Shown: positions 1 to 13,500 of the stretch, piece after piece | How positions within the stretch are numbered: position 1 is the stretch's first letter | Layout of the letters: each line of letters begins with the position of its first letter | Source: Lama guanicoe | Taxonomy: Eukaryota | Assembly: GCA_013239625.1 (NCBI GenBank) | Contig: MU053379.1 | Location: 5,146,714-5,210,713, forward strand | Direction of reading: 5' to 3' | DNA length: 64,000 nt | Notes under the pieces: model-generated | What the model saw: the letters and a program-made list of their open reading frames with translations, nothing else | Database searches by the model: none | What the model was told of the DNA's origin: nothing | Translations under genes and position numbers: made by a program

Positions 1-370
1 TTTCTTGATCATTCTAGTTAAAGGTTTGTCAATTTTGTTGATCTTTTCAAAGAACAATTTTTGGTTTTACTGATTTTCTCTATTGTTTTTCTATTCTTTA
101 TTAATTTCTGCTCTACTCATTATTTCCTTCTTTCTGCTGGTTTTAATTTGTTCTTTTTCCAACATTTTAAGGTAGAAGGCTAGCTTATTCATTTGAGACC
201 TTTTTAAAACACAGGCATGTACAGCTATAAATTTCTCTCTAAGTACTACTGCTTTAGCTACCTCCCATTAGTTTTGGTTTGAGGAGCTTCATTTTCATTC
301 ATCTTAAGGTAGTTTTAAATTTCCCTTGTGATTTCTTCTTTGAGTCATCAGTTATAAGGTATCTATTCTC
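1..370 (-). mobile_element. Ancient LINE-1 ORF2 fragment (antisense)
   Basis: T-rich tract 'ggtttgtcaattttgttgatcttttcaaagaac...ttttctctattgtttttctattc...gctataaatttctctctaagtact' resembles antisense L1M ORF2; boundaries approximate. Confidence 0.75.
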
Positions 371-1095
371 ATGAAATTTTTAATGACCCCTAATAAAAGG
401 GATGCAGCTTAAATATATTTAAAAAAAAACACTAGTTACTAGCACTAATACTGGGATGTTAAAAACCATCTCTGTTAAGCAGTGTCCAAAATCCTCCTCA
501 GTTGAAATTTACTGAACTAATTTTAATATGCACTAAAGAGCTGAGACCTGCAGCCTGAAAACCTTGTTCTGAATGATCTCGGCATGAGGCAGGGCAGAAG
601 GATGGAAGGATCAGGGAGAAAGCAAGGAGCTGAAAGCTGCTCCTGGGGCATGGAAGGAGGAAATCTTACATAATAACATGCAGACTCAGATGCCACCAAG
701 GACCAAGCAGGTAAGTGGTTTCTTCTTAGATCATGGGGAAAGGACACACTCTACCCAAAGGTGTATGTTTTTACTCTGAAGTAATCTTTATACCATTCTT
801 CTGGGTTACTGGTTCCTACACTGCACACCTTAAGGAGGCTCCTGGAGTTGCTGCCTCACCCCTTGCAAGGGGTCAAAAGTGGTGTAGGCATCCGGGTCCA
901 GGCACACTTCCAGCCCTGAGGTAACTAGCAGGCATGTGAGAACTTGAAGACCTGATGTTTTTTTCCCCTTACACATGCATTTAGATACTATCTGGGCCAG
1001 TATCTTTCTATCTCTTTTGCTGTCTGACTCCAATAAGTATTTTTAAACTTTCTGTCTCTTGAAACAATTTTGAGTTCACATCTAAAATTTGTTAT

Positions 1096-1150
1096 TTGAC
1101 ACAACATTGTAAAATGACTATAACTCAATAAAAAATGTTAAAAAATAAAA
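1096..1150 (+). mobile_element. Extremely 5'-truncated young L1 (55 bp of 3' end) with perfect 13-bp TSD
   Basis: 'ttgacacaacattgtaaaatgactataactcaataaaaaatgttaaaaaataaaa' with AATAAA at 1127-1132, flanked by TAAAATTTGTTAT at 1083-1095 and 1151-1163; same L1 end motif recurs at ~3586-3628. Confidence 0.85.
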
Positions 1151-1989
1151 TAAAATTTGTTATAAGTTTAATTAGTTGCAGAGGGTGTAATTTTTGGTAC
1201 ATAGTAAATACTGATGATTTTAAATGCACAACTCTCTTAAATGTATGGAACAGAATCAAAATACCACAGTGACTTAACACCTACCGTCACTCATTTTGAA
1301 AATACAGGAATACGCTACAATTAGGTTAGAAACCATTTGTGGTTCCTTTTTCTCCTTGAAAATGAATTCCCATTTTACTTTCCAAACAGAATGCTATCCT
1401 GATATAGTATGCTATGCTTCAAACTGTTTGTTGATATTCCTGCCATGTCCCTCCTGAACAAAAACTAGAAATGGAAAAATTTATGTATCTGTAGCAACAA
1501 GGCTCTACATTAAAAATGTTTTCTTCTGGACTGAGTTATCATTATAATTGTCATACACATTAATCAAAATGACAAGTATGTTATATTTTTGGTAAGTTAA
1601 TATTAAGCATTAAAAAGTAAACTTTTATTGAAAATGCATTTCTGAATGAGTTGGATTCCACTACTTTTCCAAATGCATCATGTCTCTCTCTACATATTAC
1701 TCACTGATAGAAAACAGAGAAGAGTTAGCATGAATTCCATGTCTGCTCTTGGGTTTTAAAGATGTAAGTACTGAGAACCTGTTCACAACAGTAACAGGGA
1801 ATGGAGGTTCACTGGTATCACCACTTCTCCAGGGTTATAATGCCAAATATCACATACTGAAAAAAACTTAAATTTTTAATGAGCTAGCTCAACCGAGCCC
1901 TTGTTCATTTTCGCTGACAGCTAAGAATCTGACACCACCTGACTTGCAAAATAATTTTTATGCAGTCACGAGACATTCACTTCCTCAGT

Positions 1990-2200
1990 TTTTCCACTTT
2001 TACCGAGAACTGAGCCCTCTTCTCCACTGTGCTAAGTCATCACCTCGCCTTGATATCTGGTCAAGTCTCTCACCCCACCCCCACCTTTGAGGTCTAAACC
2101 CTGGACCTGCCTTTAGCAAGGGTCCCCTACCCTTAATGTCTCTTCTTGGTAATTTTCCATCTGCTCTATCTGTTGTCTATACATCCTGAGCTATCTCTTC
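1990..2200 (+). mobile_element. ERV1-class LTR fragment (MER31/MER67-like)
   Basis: Motifs 'ccttgatatctggtcaagt...cctgcctttagcaag...gtaattttccatc' resemble the MER31/MER67 LTR consensus as recalled. Confidence 0.5.
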
Positions 2201-2788
2201 ACAAGGCGTCCAGACAGGTCTGTACAGGGAACTGACCTTCCATGGCTCCCTCTGCCCACGCTGCCAGGCCCTGTCCTTCCCACCCCAGCTCCCACCTCCC
2301 TGCAGTCACTAGAGCTTTAGGCCCCTGCCTCCCTCAGGGGCTGTTAAGGGACTCAGGGGGCTCCACACAGCATCTACCTGAGGCTGAAAAGGAAAAATGA
2401 CAAACTGGAAGCAGGTAGGGTGTTTTACTCACTCAGCTGGGCCTTGAGAGCACCCAGACTGCTGCTCGGTATTTCCAAAAAGTCCCTCACCCAAAACTTA
2501 GTACATTGCCTCCGCAAGATTACTTATCAGGGGAAATGAAAATCTGAAAAGTTAAATATTGTAAAAAGCATTAGCCCTCATCTTGAGCAGGTAAACTTAA
2601 CTTGTTCTGTCTCCCCAAAACTAAATTCAGATAAAAAGATAAAGCAGGGCAAAGACAAGAAACCACTCCCTTGTAAGTTGGTGAGTTTGGTGTGACTGCG
2701 GCTGCGCTGACTCATGGCTAGACTGCCAGGACTGCAGTAAGATCGTCTGCATCTGACTGTGTATGCACCTACAGACGCACGCCACCTA

Positions 2789-2991
2789 CAGCTGATCCCC
2801 GAGCAGCACAGGGGCAGGGGAGCCCACCCACCACACAGCTGAAAAGCCAAGCAGAACTTAAGAGTTGGCCCGTGTCTCTGCAGTTCCACATCTGCAGATT
2901 CAGCCAGCCATGGATCACGTGGACTCTGGTACATATTTGGCATATGCGTGGACCTGCACTGTTCAAACCCTTATTGTTCAAGGGTCCACTG
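2789..2991 (+). mobile_element. TcMar-Tigger MITE (MER8/Tigger2-like)
   Basis: Degenerate terminal inverted repeats 'cagctgatccccgagcagc' and 'ttgttcaagggtccactg', with TA on both sides (2787-2788, 2992-2993). Confidence 0.8.
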
Positions 2992-3425
2992 TAAATGTGA
3001 CGTTTTCCCACCCCTGGATGGTACTGCCAAGTTAATCTATAAAACCCCTCAAGGACCTCTGTTCTAATCAGCTTAAAGGGAAATAAATGCTAAATTAAAT
3101 ATTACTAAAACTCCCAGAAGTATAGGAATTAGCCCAAATATTTTTCAAGTTCATGTATAAATAAGGTCAGTTTGGTATTACCAGTTTAATAAACACAGTT
3201 GCTCAGAGTTATCAGCATTAAGTATAATATGAGCACACGTTATTTGACTAATAAACACGGGTAGAGTAACAATTTGACAGGTCTACTAGATTTTTAAGGT
3301 TATAAAAATTTTAAGTTCAACCTAAGAATAAAAGTACAAGTGAATCTGCAGTAAAATAAATTGCTTGAAATTCATTATTTCATGTCTAGTGCAACAATAA
3401 AACAATTTAAAAAACCCATGTATTG

Positions 3426-3722
3426 TAGATACTGACAGGCACATGCAGAATAGATAAACAAGGTAATACTGTGTAGCACAGGGAAATATATACACGATCT
3501 GGTGATAACTCACAGTGAAAAAGAATGTGACAATGAACATATGTATGTTCATGTATAACTGAAAAATTGTGCTCTACACTGGAAATTGACACAACATTGT
3601 AAACTCAATTTAAAAAATGTGAAAAAAGAATTTTACCTGCTGTAAAAAGCCAATATTATAATAGGGTTTGTAATTTTCACTTAACGTACATCTGAAAATA
3701 AATATTAAAACACTAAAAAAAA
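3426..3722 (+). mobile_element. 5'-truncated L1 3' end plus ~86-bp extra tail (probable 3' transduction)
   Basis: L1 3'UTR 'tactgtgtagcacagggaaatatata...ggaaattgacacaacattgtaaa'; TSD core CATGTATTG at 3417-3425 and 3723-3731; AATAAA at 3697-3702 and A8 at 3715-3722. Confidence 0.75.
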
Positions 3723-6700
3723 CATGTATTGAACTTTCTAAGGTTTTTTTATTTTGATTTTTCACACTTGCCTAACATGCACGTGTTGTAAAAATAATAA
3801 ACAGGGAAACAACTTCACGATGATGAGCTTTGCTTAATGTCTTACGAAATTTTCATGAACAATCCAAGCATAATTGTTAAGAGCAAGTGTATTAGGTCGA
3901 TGTAAGTGAAATAAAGTTTTATGAATGGATTTTTCAACAGTAATTACTTTTTATGATATGTATGCCTAAAATAGTTTTAAAAATCTTTTTGATAACTTTC
4001 AACTTTAAAGTCATACTAAATTAAGTAATAGACATTTATAAAATACTTATTTCTAAAAAGATAAAATACTAAAATATTCATTATTAAGCCTAAGTTTAGG
4101 TTTATATGCTTTTGGCTTTTTATCTTTATATACTACAGAGAGGCTAAAGATATTTGAGTCTGGTAATAAACACGTTCTTTTTGCCACACTGAAAAATTTT
4201 ATTCTAAGGAAGCAATATCTGTAAAATTGTGAAATGGGATATTCATAAAATTTGCTAATCTGTTACAAAATGTTGGTGGTATGACAGATAATTCACAACT
4301 GTCTACAACCTAGTTTTCTCGGAAAGATAAAGGTTACTAGAAATAATAAGGACAAAGGGCAACAACTTTGCATGAAAAGTAGGCAAGGAATATAGTAAGT
4401 GTTTTTGTTAAGGGAAAAAGAGTAAATTTTGTCCTAAAGTAAAATAATTGCTTGTTCCAGAATGAGAGAAAAGGGAAGAGCAGGACAAAGCCTGAATGGC
4501 TACAGAGAGCTGTAGGTAGTTCATGGGAAGGAATCTTACGTTGCGTCGTCAAAGCTGGCGAAGGTTGGATGAACTTATTTATAGGGTTAAAAAAAAAATG
4601 AGCTTGAGTATTAATACTACCTGAATGCAAAACTAGTATTTGGTTGTCTCACTGTTAAAATGATAACAATTCCTTGGACTATAGGTCTGCTCTTAACAAG
4701 TAAGTGGCTGTAAAAGAGTTCTCTTTCCATTTTAAGCAATCTGCCCAGGAAACAAAGGTTTTAAGTCTTATCAGAGTATCTTCTTTATGTCAACCTTTAT
4801 GTCATGTCTTTGACTATTTAAGAGACCCAAGTTCTGTTACAATCACGTTACCTGCTACAGCTACTTTTGAATTCGTTTATTATCACTTTGGTTAAATAAG
4901 TAAAGTATTGTTTCACAGTGATCTATGACCCTATTTAGGTAAGTGTTCAAACCTTTTGATGTTTTTGATAACTTGTGGTATTTTGCCTTCCCAAAATCAA
5001 ATCCTAAAATAAACCTTGATTTCAAACTGATTTTGGGATTTCCCAGAAGGCACCTGGAAAATGGCAGTTTGTTCCTTAGCTTGTAAAAAGAGCTATAAAA
5101 GACAGTCAGATCTGTCCGATGTGCTGGTTGCAAGTAAGTACTGTGAAAAAGAGAGATGCTCAACCTGCCCTAGGTTGTATTAATAAATGTTGTTAATATA
5201 AGCATTTCGGAAATTGTACAACGTTCCCAGAAATTTGTCAATGCCTCCGCTATCGTAACACGTGCTGGTGTAATTCTGGTTAGGACTTAACATGCTTATG
5301 TCATAGAAACCGAAGTTCCTTGTCAACTGCATTATTTTTACAGTGAACTCTCATCATATCTTGAACCATGGCCATTCTAAGCCTTCTGTCATCCACAGAC
5401 AGATTCTGTTTTACACTGAGTCTTCCTAAGAGCGTTTGACATCAGTCACAGGTCAAAGTGCAACAAAAAGAGACTGTCTCAGACACCCACGGGAAGGACC
5501 AAGACACACACTCCAGGGCTTCTGACGGCATTGCTTTCTGACCATTCCACTGGTCTGAGTAAGGATTTCTACCGCTCCAGCGGAGAAGCTGATGGACTCA
5601 ACAAAACTACCAACATGAGATCAAGGAGAACAAGAGTTAATTACACGGGACTGAATGAAATGCTCTTGAAGAATGTTTTTTTTTATGGCTTTTGTTTGGA
5701 ATATTGCTGATGCCTTAATTTTCTATTTTCTAGGTGTAAGGAATCCCTTTTTCCTTCCTCTTCTGTTATCTGTGATTTGTAGCAATTTAGTGGATGAGAC
5801 TTTTGTAAACAGAAATGAAACATTTATCTTTTTCTCCCTACCTGATCCTTCCTGAGTCACAGACTATGACTGAATAATTGTATTTTCATGACAATGTAAT
5901 TATTTGTGTTAAGTTCAATAAGAATCCATCCTCTTTGTACAGACCATAACTGGAAACACTGGTTATGTAGCCAAGACTTTGACTGGAATGGCATTTTGAA
6001 GAATGATGCATAGAATTGTACACGACCAGACAGCTTTAAGGGACTAAGGTCGACTTTATGGAACCAATGCCTAGAAACCAAAGACAGGCCTGGTACCTAA
6101 CTTACAACATTCCCAGCCTTACTTAAAGGTCAATTCCTGGCAGTCCCCAAAAGTATAAGACATTTTGAGGCCTTCAAGAAGACCGGAAATCAACCAAACA
6201 AACCTCCAGGTACTGCAGTTCTTGGCTTGGCTTTCTAGCTTCCAAAGACTTTTAAAAGTCTAATCTGAGATTCTTTATGAAATGTTCCAGCAAAGTAAGC
6301 TTTTAAAAGGCATATGTGGTCAACTGGTATTCTTGCTGCACTTAACGTAAATAATTAGGTCAAATCTAACGAGAAGAGATGTACTTTTGTAAAGAAAAAC
6401 AATCTTACTTTTAGTATCTTCAATCAAGGAAGGATGCTACTATGGAGATAAATTTCATGTTTCAACAGAAAACTGTAGCACATCCTCATGGGTTATTCGA
6501 TTCTAGTCCTGTTTATTACCTTTGAAGTTTTATTATTATCTGTAAACTGGCCCAAATTTTGCCCTCTTGTATTTTGTCAGTCTTTACCAAATTCTCAATT
6601 CTTTGGGCTTCCTTCAACACCTGGTTACAACCCTCCAAATGAACATTTCTAATTTTCCTCCTGCCCTCCTGATGCAAGGTACCTAAGACCTGACTGCCCA

Positions 6701-7151
6701 GATCCTCACTGGGACTCCAGACTGCTGTGCGGTGTGCCCTCGCCCAAGGATCTGAAAAGTCTTGCTAGCTGAAGCTGATCGACTTGATGTAAACCTCAGT
6801 AGACTCTTCACAGAGCAGATCACATGTGGGATGTCACCACCAAAGACATTTAAACCGCAAACCAGGAAATACTTGGACTGCCACTGCCACCCTCACTCAA
6901 CCATCTAAAAATGCTACAAACTCAGCATTTACAAATCTTCTGACTGACTGCCCTTGGGACTCAGAAACTGGGTTTAGAATCTGCTTCAACCATTAATCTT
7001 TGTTTTTCTTTTTGTTTCCTTGTTCTAATCTGAGTTCTTCCTTTCCAGTGCAGATGGCTTACTTCTCACCTTCTCAGCTGACTCTTCTCTCTGCAGCAAT
7101 TAACTAGCTCCTTGCTCTTGAAACTTCTTGGGAAGTTTCAAGTGGGGGGAA

Positions 7152-7564
7152 TGTGGGGACTGACAACCCACCAGAAAAGGACAAAATTGCTTCCAAGTGA
7201 AAACATGTGATTGCTAACAGACACATAAATCTCATCTGAAATTCCTCTCCTGCCTAGAGCAGAACTTTAGGAGAGCAGCTGCCACAAACCACCCCTGGGG
7301 AGGTCTCCAGTCAGGGAGGCGACTGGCCTTGAGTACAGGACATTCCACAAGACCTGTGTAAAAAAGCCTCATTGGAAGCTTCCGTCCCATAAAGCCCGAA
7401 CCCTGCCCTCCCCTTATGAAGCTGGTGTATGAAGCTCTCCCTCGGGCTGCTGGAGGAGCTGCTCTCCCTGCGGCACGCCCATGTGCACAATGCACTTCTC
7501 TCCGTCCACCGTCTGCTATCTCCTACTGCAGATCTAAGTCGGTGCAGGGAAAGTCCTCTCCAAC
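7152..7564 (+). mobile_element. Putative ERV 3' LTR
   Basis: Starts with TG directly after the polypurine tract, has TATA-like 'cataaa' at ~7388 and ends '...ccaaca'; right boundary uncertain. Confidence 0.45.
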
Positions 7565-10500
7565 AGCAGCATCGCTGGGTCTGGCTCCTTCTGCTCCAAC
7601 AAGATGAACTCCTGCCAGCAGGGACCTGGTCTTTCACCCTTGTTTCCGTGGCACCAAACTCAATGCCACGCCTACTGTTTGTGCTCAGTGAACCCTTGAC
7701 TGAAGATTTACTGCCCCATGATCATTAATGCAGAAAATTACCAGAACCACCACCAACTTCTCTGGGCTCCCTCTACACGCACAGTGCCACAGTTTCTTGT
7801 TTCATAGCCTATATCTCCAACCAAGCAACTGTGCTGAAAGTCACTCTGGTTGACAGTCATTTGGCTGTGTACTACAATCTTCTGAGAAATTTACAAAATG
7901 TCAATGTCTGGAATTTGCTTCAGAGGTTCTAGTCAAAAAGAAAAAAAAAGAAATGCTAGTTTTATTGGCCACTGGGCTCTATGCCATGGTTTCTCTTGTC
8001 TTTTAAAAACCTACTCACAGAATGTAATGCAGCCCAGACACAGCCAGTCTGTCAGTAACTGACAGGCTAAATGAAGGGCTATAGCTAGAAGGCTACCTGT
8101 CTCTCTCAAGCTCAGGACACAGTTTTCTCAAAAAGGGTCTTTAGTCATCGCACACATCTATAAAATGATTCCTCAAAATTCAATTTAATTTTAATTCATA
8201 GCTACATAGCCTCCAAAAGTGGTGATTTTAAATTAGCAGCTCTATCACCCTGTAGTTCTCTAACATCCAAACAAATTTAAAGAATTTCTAGAGGAACACG
8301 AGCCAGTTTAAAACCTGACTCTATCACTAAGTAACACAAAAACAGTAACTGAAATAAATCAGAAATACCACGTTTTTAATGCTTTTCCCAAATCCTAGAG
8401 CTGAGAGCAAGCCTCGTTTTCTTTCTGGTAAATAGACACCATGATTAATGTACCTTTAAATTTAACTCCCAAAGTCTGAACAAGTACCTGTAAATGAGAA
8501 TAAAGAAGTCAAAGCACAAATTCAAAGAAAAAGCAAATTTATGGGCAGAATATACAACCACAACAACTAGTTGTTCCAAAGGTAACCCTCTCAAACACGT
8601 GCTTGAGAGCAGAAGCGCACAAGCGAGGGTCCAGAGGGAAAGCACAGCCAGCCAAAGCCGCCCGTCCACCCTCTGTCCAGGCTGGCAGGTCCACCTCAGG
8701 GCAGAACTGGGACCATTCCTCTCCGTCACTGGTCACCATACCCAGGGCTCCTGCTGCAGAGTGACTGTGCTCTCGTGACGACTGAGGGAACCAGCAAGTG
8801 CCTGTCTGCCCGGAAGCCCCTTGGCACTTGCCTCTACTTCACCCTCACGGCCTGTCCCCTACCCCTGCTGAGCCAGACCCATGCTGGCCAGTGCTCTATC
8901 AGTGATGCCCATGATCACGGAAGCGTCACCACCCACACTTCACAGAGTCGTAGACTACGTCTCCCCTGCCCTGGTGCTTGGAATAGGCCAGTAAAGGTGC
9001 TGACGAGGCCTGAATCCTTCCTGCTAGTCTCTGTATAAACCTGGAAGGGTCAGAGAATTGGGGGCAAAGGAAGCCACCCTGGAGTGGCTAAGTGACAGGA
9101 CCTGAAGTTTCTAATTTCAAGACTCAAACCACTTTCACAAGTAAATAAACAAAAAGGATAGGAGTTTCTGGCCTCTACCGACCAAATAAGTTTGGTGAAG
9201 CAGGAAACTGCATCTAGTGGTAAGCAAAAGCCGACAACCAGAATTCGGCCCTCAAGACTGCTCCTACCTGCGGAGCCAGTTCACAGCTGTGGGTGGCAGA
9301 AGCCAGACACACGGGTGATGCTGTCCCGGAAGCAGGAGAGGGGCGGGCAGGAGGGTCTGGGGAGAGCCTGGGGCGGGAAGACCAGGGAAGGAGGCCTGCT
9401 GCACCTCTTGGCTCTCAGTGCCCACAGTGGGGGGACCCCCCGACTGACCTCCGCTCTGGTGCCAGAAGTTCACTCACATTTACGGCCCAGAGCTTTCACG
9501 CATTCTAGCTTTTCAGCGTCCCTCGCCAGGCCCCATGCCTTCTGGGCTACAGCACTGTGTGAGACACTGAGGCCCGTGCACGAGCACCCGGCCCCGGTGC
9601 AGCTGAACACGCGCATCCTTCCTGACGTCCAAGACGAAGACATTAGTGGGTCAGACCATCCACAGAGACACACAGGATCTTAACGGCAACATGAAAGGAA
9701 ATCCAGCAAGTCAAACTATTGAGTCCACAAAATCCTCTGCAAGACAGGACTGTACTGTCGCCTCTGCTCAGCTTTCGCCCATCCGTTCCATCTTCTTAGA
9801 ACGACAGTGCTCACACTCCCTCCAGCAATTCGGGATTAGAACCCTGCCCCAATGGCTTGTCGTCTGCTCTCGTATCCGACCTGGGCTTTCTCCTTCCTGT
9901 CTCTCTCTCTTCTCCTTCCGTGTCTCCTAAAAAGGTACTCAAACATAATTAACTGCTTTGAACAATGGAAACACGATTTTTTGGTAAGAGGTTTGAGCTA
10001 TCAAAGTCTGTCTTTGGAATGGGAAATAGGAAAGAAAAAATGGTACAGTCATTCACAAAGTCCCCCACCTCAAATAAACGCTACTACATCCTCTGAGAGG
10101 CTAGAGCTGGAAATTCTGTATTATACAGAACCAGCAGGTGTTAAGAAGTGAAACCTGTCTGATACCCTGTCGACTTGAAAACACTTCATGCAGGATGAAG
10201 ACAGGCAGGGTTCACTCTCATCCACTGCTATCGCCTACCAAAGGAAAACTGGCAGAAAAGAAATGAACATTTTAAATAACAGACCCCTGTCCCCATTTCA
10301 AGGGCAAAACAGAAAAAAAGAATGGGGCTGAGCTAAAAGGCCATGTCTCTAAGCTCAATCTAAGAAAGCTTCGTGATGGATGGAGTTGTCATCTTTTAAT
10401 GATAAAAGAGCAAAACATCTTTGAGTAAATTGAAAAGGTAAATATTTTTTAAAGATTTTTCATTGCATGCCACCAAATAAAAATCATTTATACTTTAAGG

Positions 10501-13500
10501 AGGCTGTCTTCTTTTCCCCCACTTTGAGCTGTGAAACTAAGGCAACAATACGAAGATGGGCAGATACAGAGAGGCCATTCTTGAGAGAACAGAAGCCAAA
10601 TCTAGGAACCAAGGAAGCTCAAAAGATGCTCTTTACTTAGGGAAACTTCAGCGAGCAAGCTTGTTTATATCAATGGAGTTCCTGCACTTTGGAGATAAAA
10701 AACAAAAGTATACCTTACACGTGTTACCTAGAACCTTCCCGTCAACTGCACCTACAAAACTGAAAGGGAGAGACACCCAGGGGCAGGCCTGCTGGTCAGT
10801 CTGCGGGGCAGCTGGCACAAGCCCTCAGACACCCCTTAGCCGATGACCACTCAGGGCTTGCAAGATTCTCTATGCAACTCAGCCTGCCTGCTTCCAGACC
10901 GTGGCTTCCTGTGCACTGCTTTGACACCCAATGATTTAAAGCTGCTGGGACCTGGCTGCCCTCTCTCTCCTGGAGGCGTGAGCTGGGCCAGAATACCTGC
11001 CGCTGCTGTGGATGCACCCCCGTCTCCAGCACCAACCTGGGGGCCGACTCCACCTGCACGGGACCCTCGGCAAGCAAACCCCAGAAGTGCCCAGATGGGC
11101 GCACACACTCCTCGGCAGAAGGGCTGCAGCTCTGGGAAGACGTGAGAACCAGAAGTGGGTCCTGCTGAGCAGGCAGTGGCGCCTGCCTCCACTCTGATTT
11201 CCAAATTGACACTGATTTGCTTTTCAACTCACTGTTCCCACCGGCCTGACTCCTCCACTGTGGGAGGGAACCAAGTGCTGGATGAAGACTCAGAGCAAGG
11301 CCCCCACCCAGCCAAGCAGCCCCGGAGGCAGGCAAGCCCTGGTGGTGCTTCCCTGCAGCGGAGCACTGGGGACTCTGTGGCACAGCATCCCAGACCCGGG
11401 CTCTGCATGGCCGTGGGGGTGGAGCTGGCTGGGCACTCCCCAGCCCGCGTGCAGAGGCAGATCTACTCTCTGAGCCTCGGTCTCCTCTGCTCTACTGGAA
11501 TCTACCTGAAAGGCCCGCTGTGCAGAGTAAACAGATGAACAAGGAAGTGAAATGCTCAGCATGGTCTCTCTGGGCAGAAACACTGAATTCAACTGAAGGG
11601 GCCTCTGTCAGGGGCCGGCAGGAAGCAAAGACACCCTGGTTTTGTCCAGCCCTGCTTGGCCAAACTGCGCAGCTGAACTCAAATTTCTTGCTCTGGTGTC
11701 TTAAATTACAATTACTCTTTAGCCACATTAGTGCTGAAAAGAAGTCTGATGCTTCAGAAGTGACGCCAGTAACACCACGTGCAACATCAGAAGGGAAGCT
11801 CACGGCAAGCAGGCGAGGGCTGCGGTGGGGCCAGTATCCCCCGAGCTGGACCCCTCACCTCTGCAGCCTTGTCCCCAGGACACTGCACTTTCTGGCGGAG
11901 TCACAGGACCTTCCTGTTCGGCTTGGGTGTGCTCTGCCCGAGGACCCCAGAGCATGCCCTTGGGCAGCGAAGGCCAGGGGGCACCGTGCTCTGTGCTGAG
12001 CAGGCCCAGCACTGCCTCCTCTGCTAAAAACGGCCAAGCTACCAGCTCTTACGCAGAATTACACGGCAGCAGCCAGTGCTGCTTCCTAGTCATCTCTGGC
12101 CCTGTGCCTTCCTGGGACCACAGCAGGAGGGCATGCCCCTCCTTCAGAGTTGGGGCGGTCAAGTGACATGCTTTGGCTAAAGAAATGTGAGCAGAGAGAC
12201 CACATCCCTTCTGGGTGGACACTTCAGGAGCAGCCAACGGCCCCCAAGGTGGAGGGAGGGTGTGTGGAGATGGAGGCCCTGCTGGCCCGGCGCCCGGGTG
12301 ACCACAATGAGCAGAGTCCACACCAGACGCGTGGTGGGGACAGCGGGTAAGAAACACACCAGTGCGCCAGGGGTCCTGCTGCATGACCTGGTCTGCCCTG
12401 GCCAACACTCGCCTCTTTACCTGAGGGCCCTCAGGTAAGACCAACAACGTGTAGGCCTGAAAGGACTGAGCGCCAGGCCTGCATATCCAGCTGTCTCCCC
12501 ACGTGGAGTCTCACAGGCAAATCGAAATTCAACGTCAGAACCAAATTCTTCCACCCTCTCCTCCCCTCGGTTCTTCATCTCAGCAAACACCAGGTGCCCA
12601 CACAGACCCCAGCAGTCAGTGCTGAACCCACTTCTTCCCCATCTCCACCTCCATCCCACCCACACCAAGTTTCAAGTCCATCCACCTCTAGACAGCTTGC
12701 CTGCTCCTCTCTGGTCCACGTATCTTACCCAGATCAGCAGCCCTAACCTTTTTTGATGACACATTCAATCAGTACCATTTTTAGAGCATGCCCTCAATGC
12801 TTATGTACTTATTAAATTACACACATGTATGACTGGTTGGTTAATATCTGAATATGAATATAATTAGAAGGCCCAATATTTTCTTCCCACATCTCAATGA
12901 CTGTCTCACACAACCCCTGGGTGAACTCACCCCATTCTGGAGATCAATACCTTGGCCTTCTTAAGACCTCTTAATGGAACCCCTGACCTCTGCCTGCCTG
13001 CTATATAAGCCAAGAGACCTTTTTCAAATGTAAATTTGATCACATCCCTGCTCCCTTAAAACCTTCAGATGCAAAGGATCTGAAACAGATCCCAGGAGTG
13101 CTGCCCACCTCTGGTCCTCCAGTTCCTTCCAGTTTCTCACAAGGGTCTAGGGTTTCCCCAACCAGTACCCTTCCTTCCAGTCCTGTGGCTCCTGCAGGAC
13201 TCAGCTTCAAGGCCATTTGCTCTGACGCCTCCCTGGCTGTTGCATCTAACTGTGCCCCTCTTACAATCACTTTCACAGTCAGTATGAAGGATATTACCTC
13301 CATTTGACATCTTACGTATTTTTAAAATACTTCCCTTTATCAGTTGTCTTTTTATTTAGAAATACTTTTAATTATAGGACACTTTTTAATTTTTATGTGT
13401 TCTTATTGTATGAGTTTTTTTCTTTATGCTTTCTTCCTCTACTTTTTGGGTAGACATTCTTCTCTGACCTTGAGATTGAGAATCTCATTTTTCTTTTAGG

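Larger units (their letters stand above)
2340..7151 (+). mobile_element. Degenerate non-coding ERV1-like internal region
   Basis: Long AT-rich tract with no intact ORF, ending in the polypurine tract 'aagtttcaagtggggggaa' immediately followed by TG at 7152, the typical internal/3'LTR junction; interrupted by a Tigger MITE and an L1. Confidence 0.55.

Noticed and set aside
7429..7728. 99-aa Leu-rich ORF (MKLSLGLLEELLSLRH...)
   Set aside because: Spans a putative LTR end and an L2-like 3' fragment; no splice or homology support
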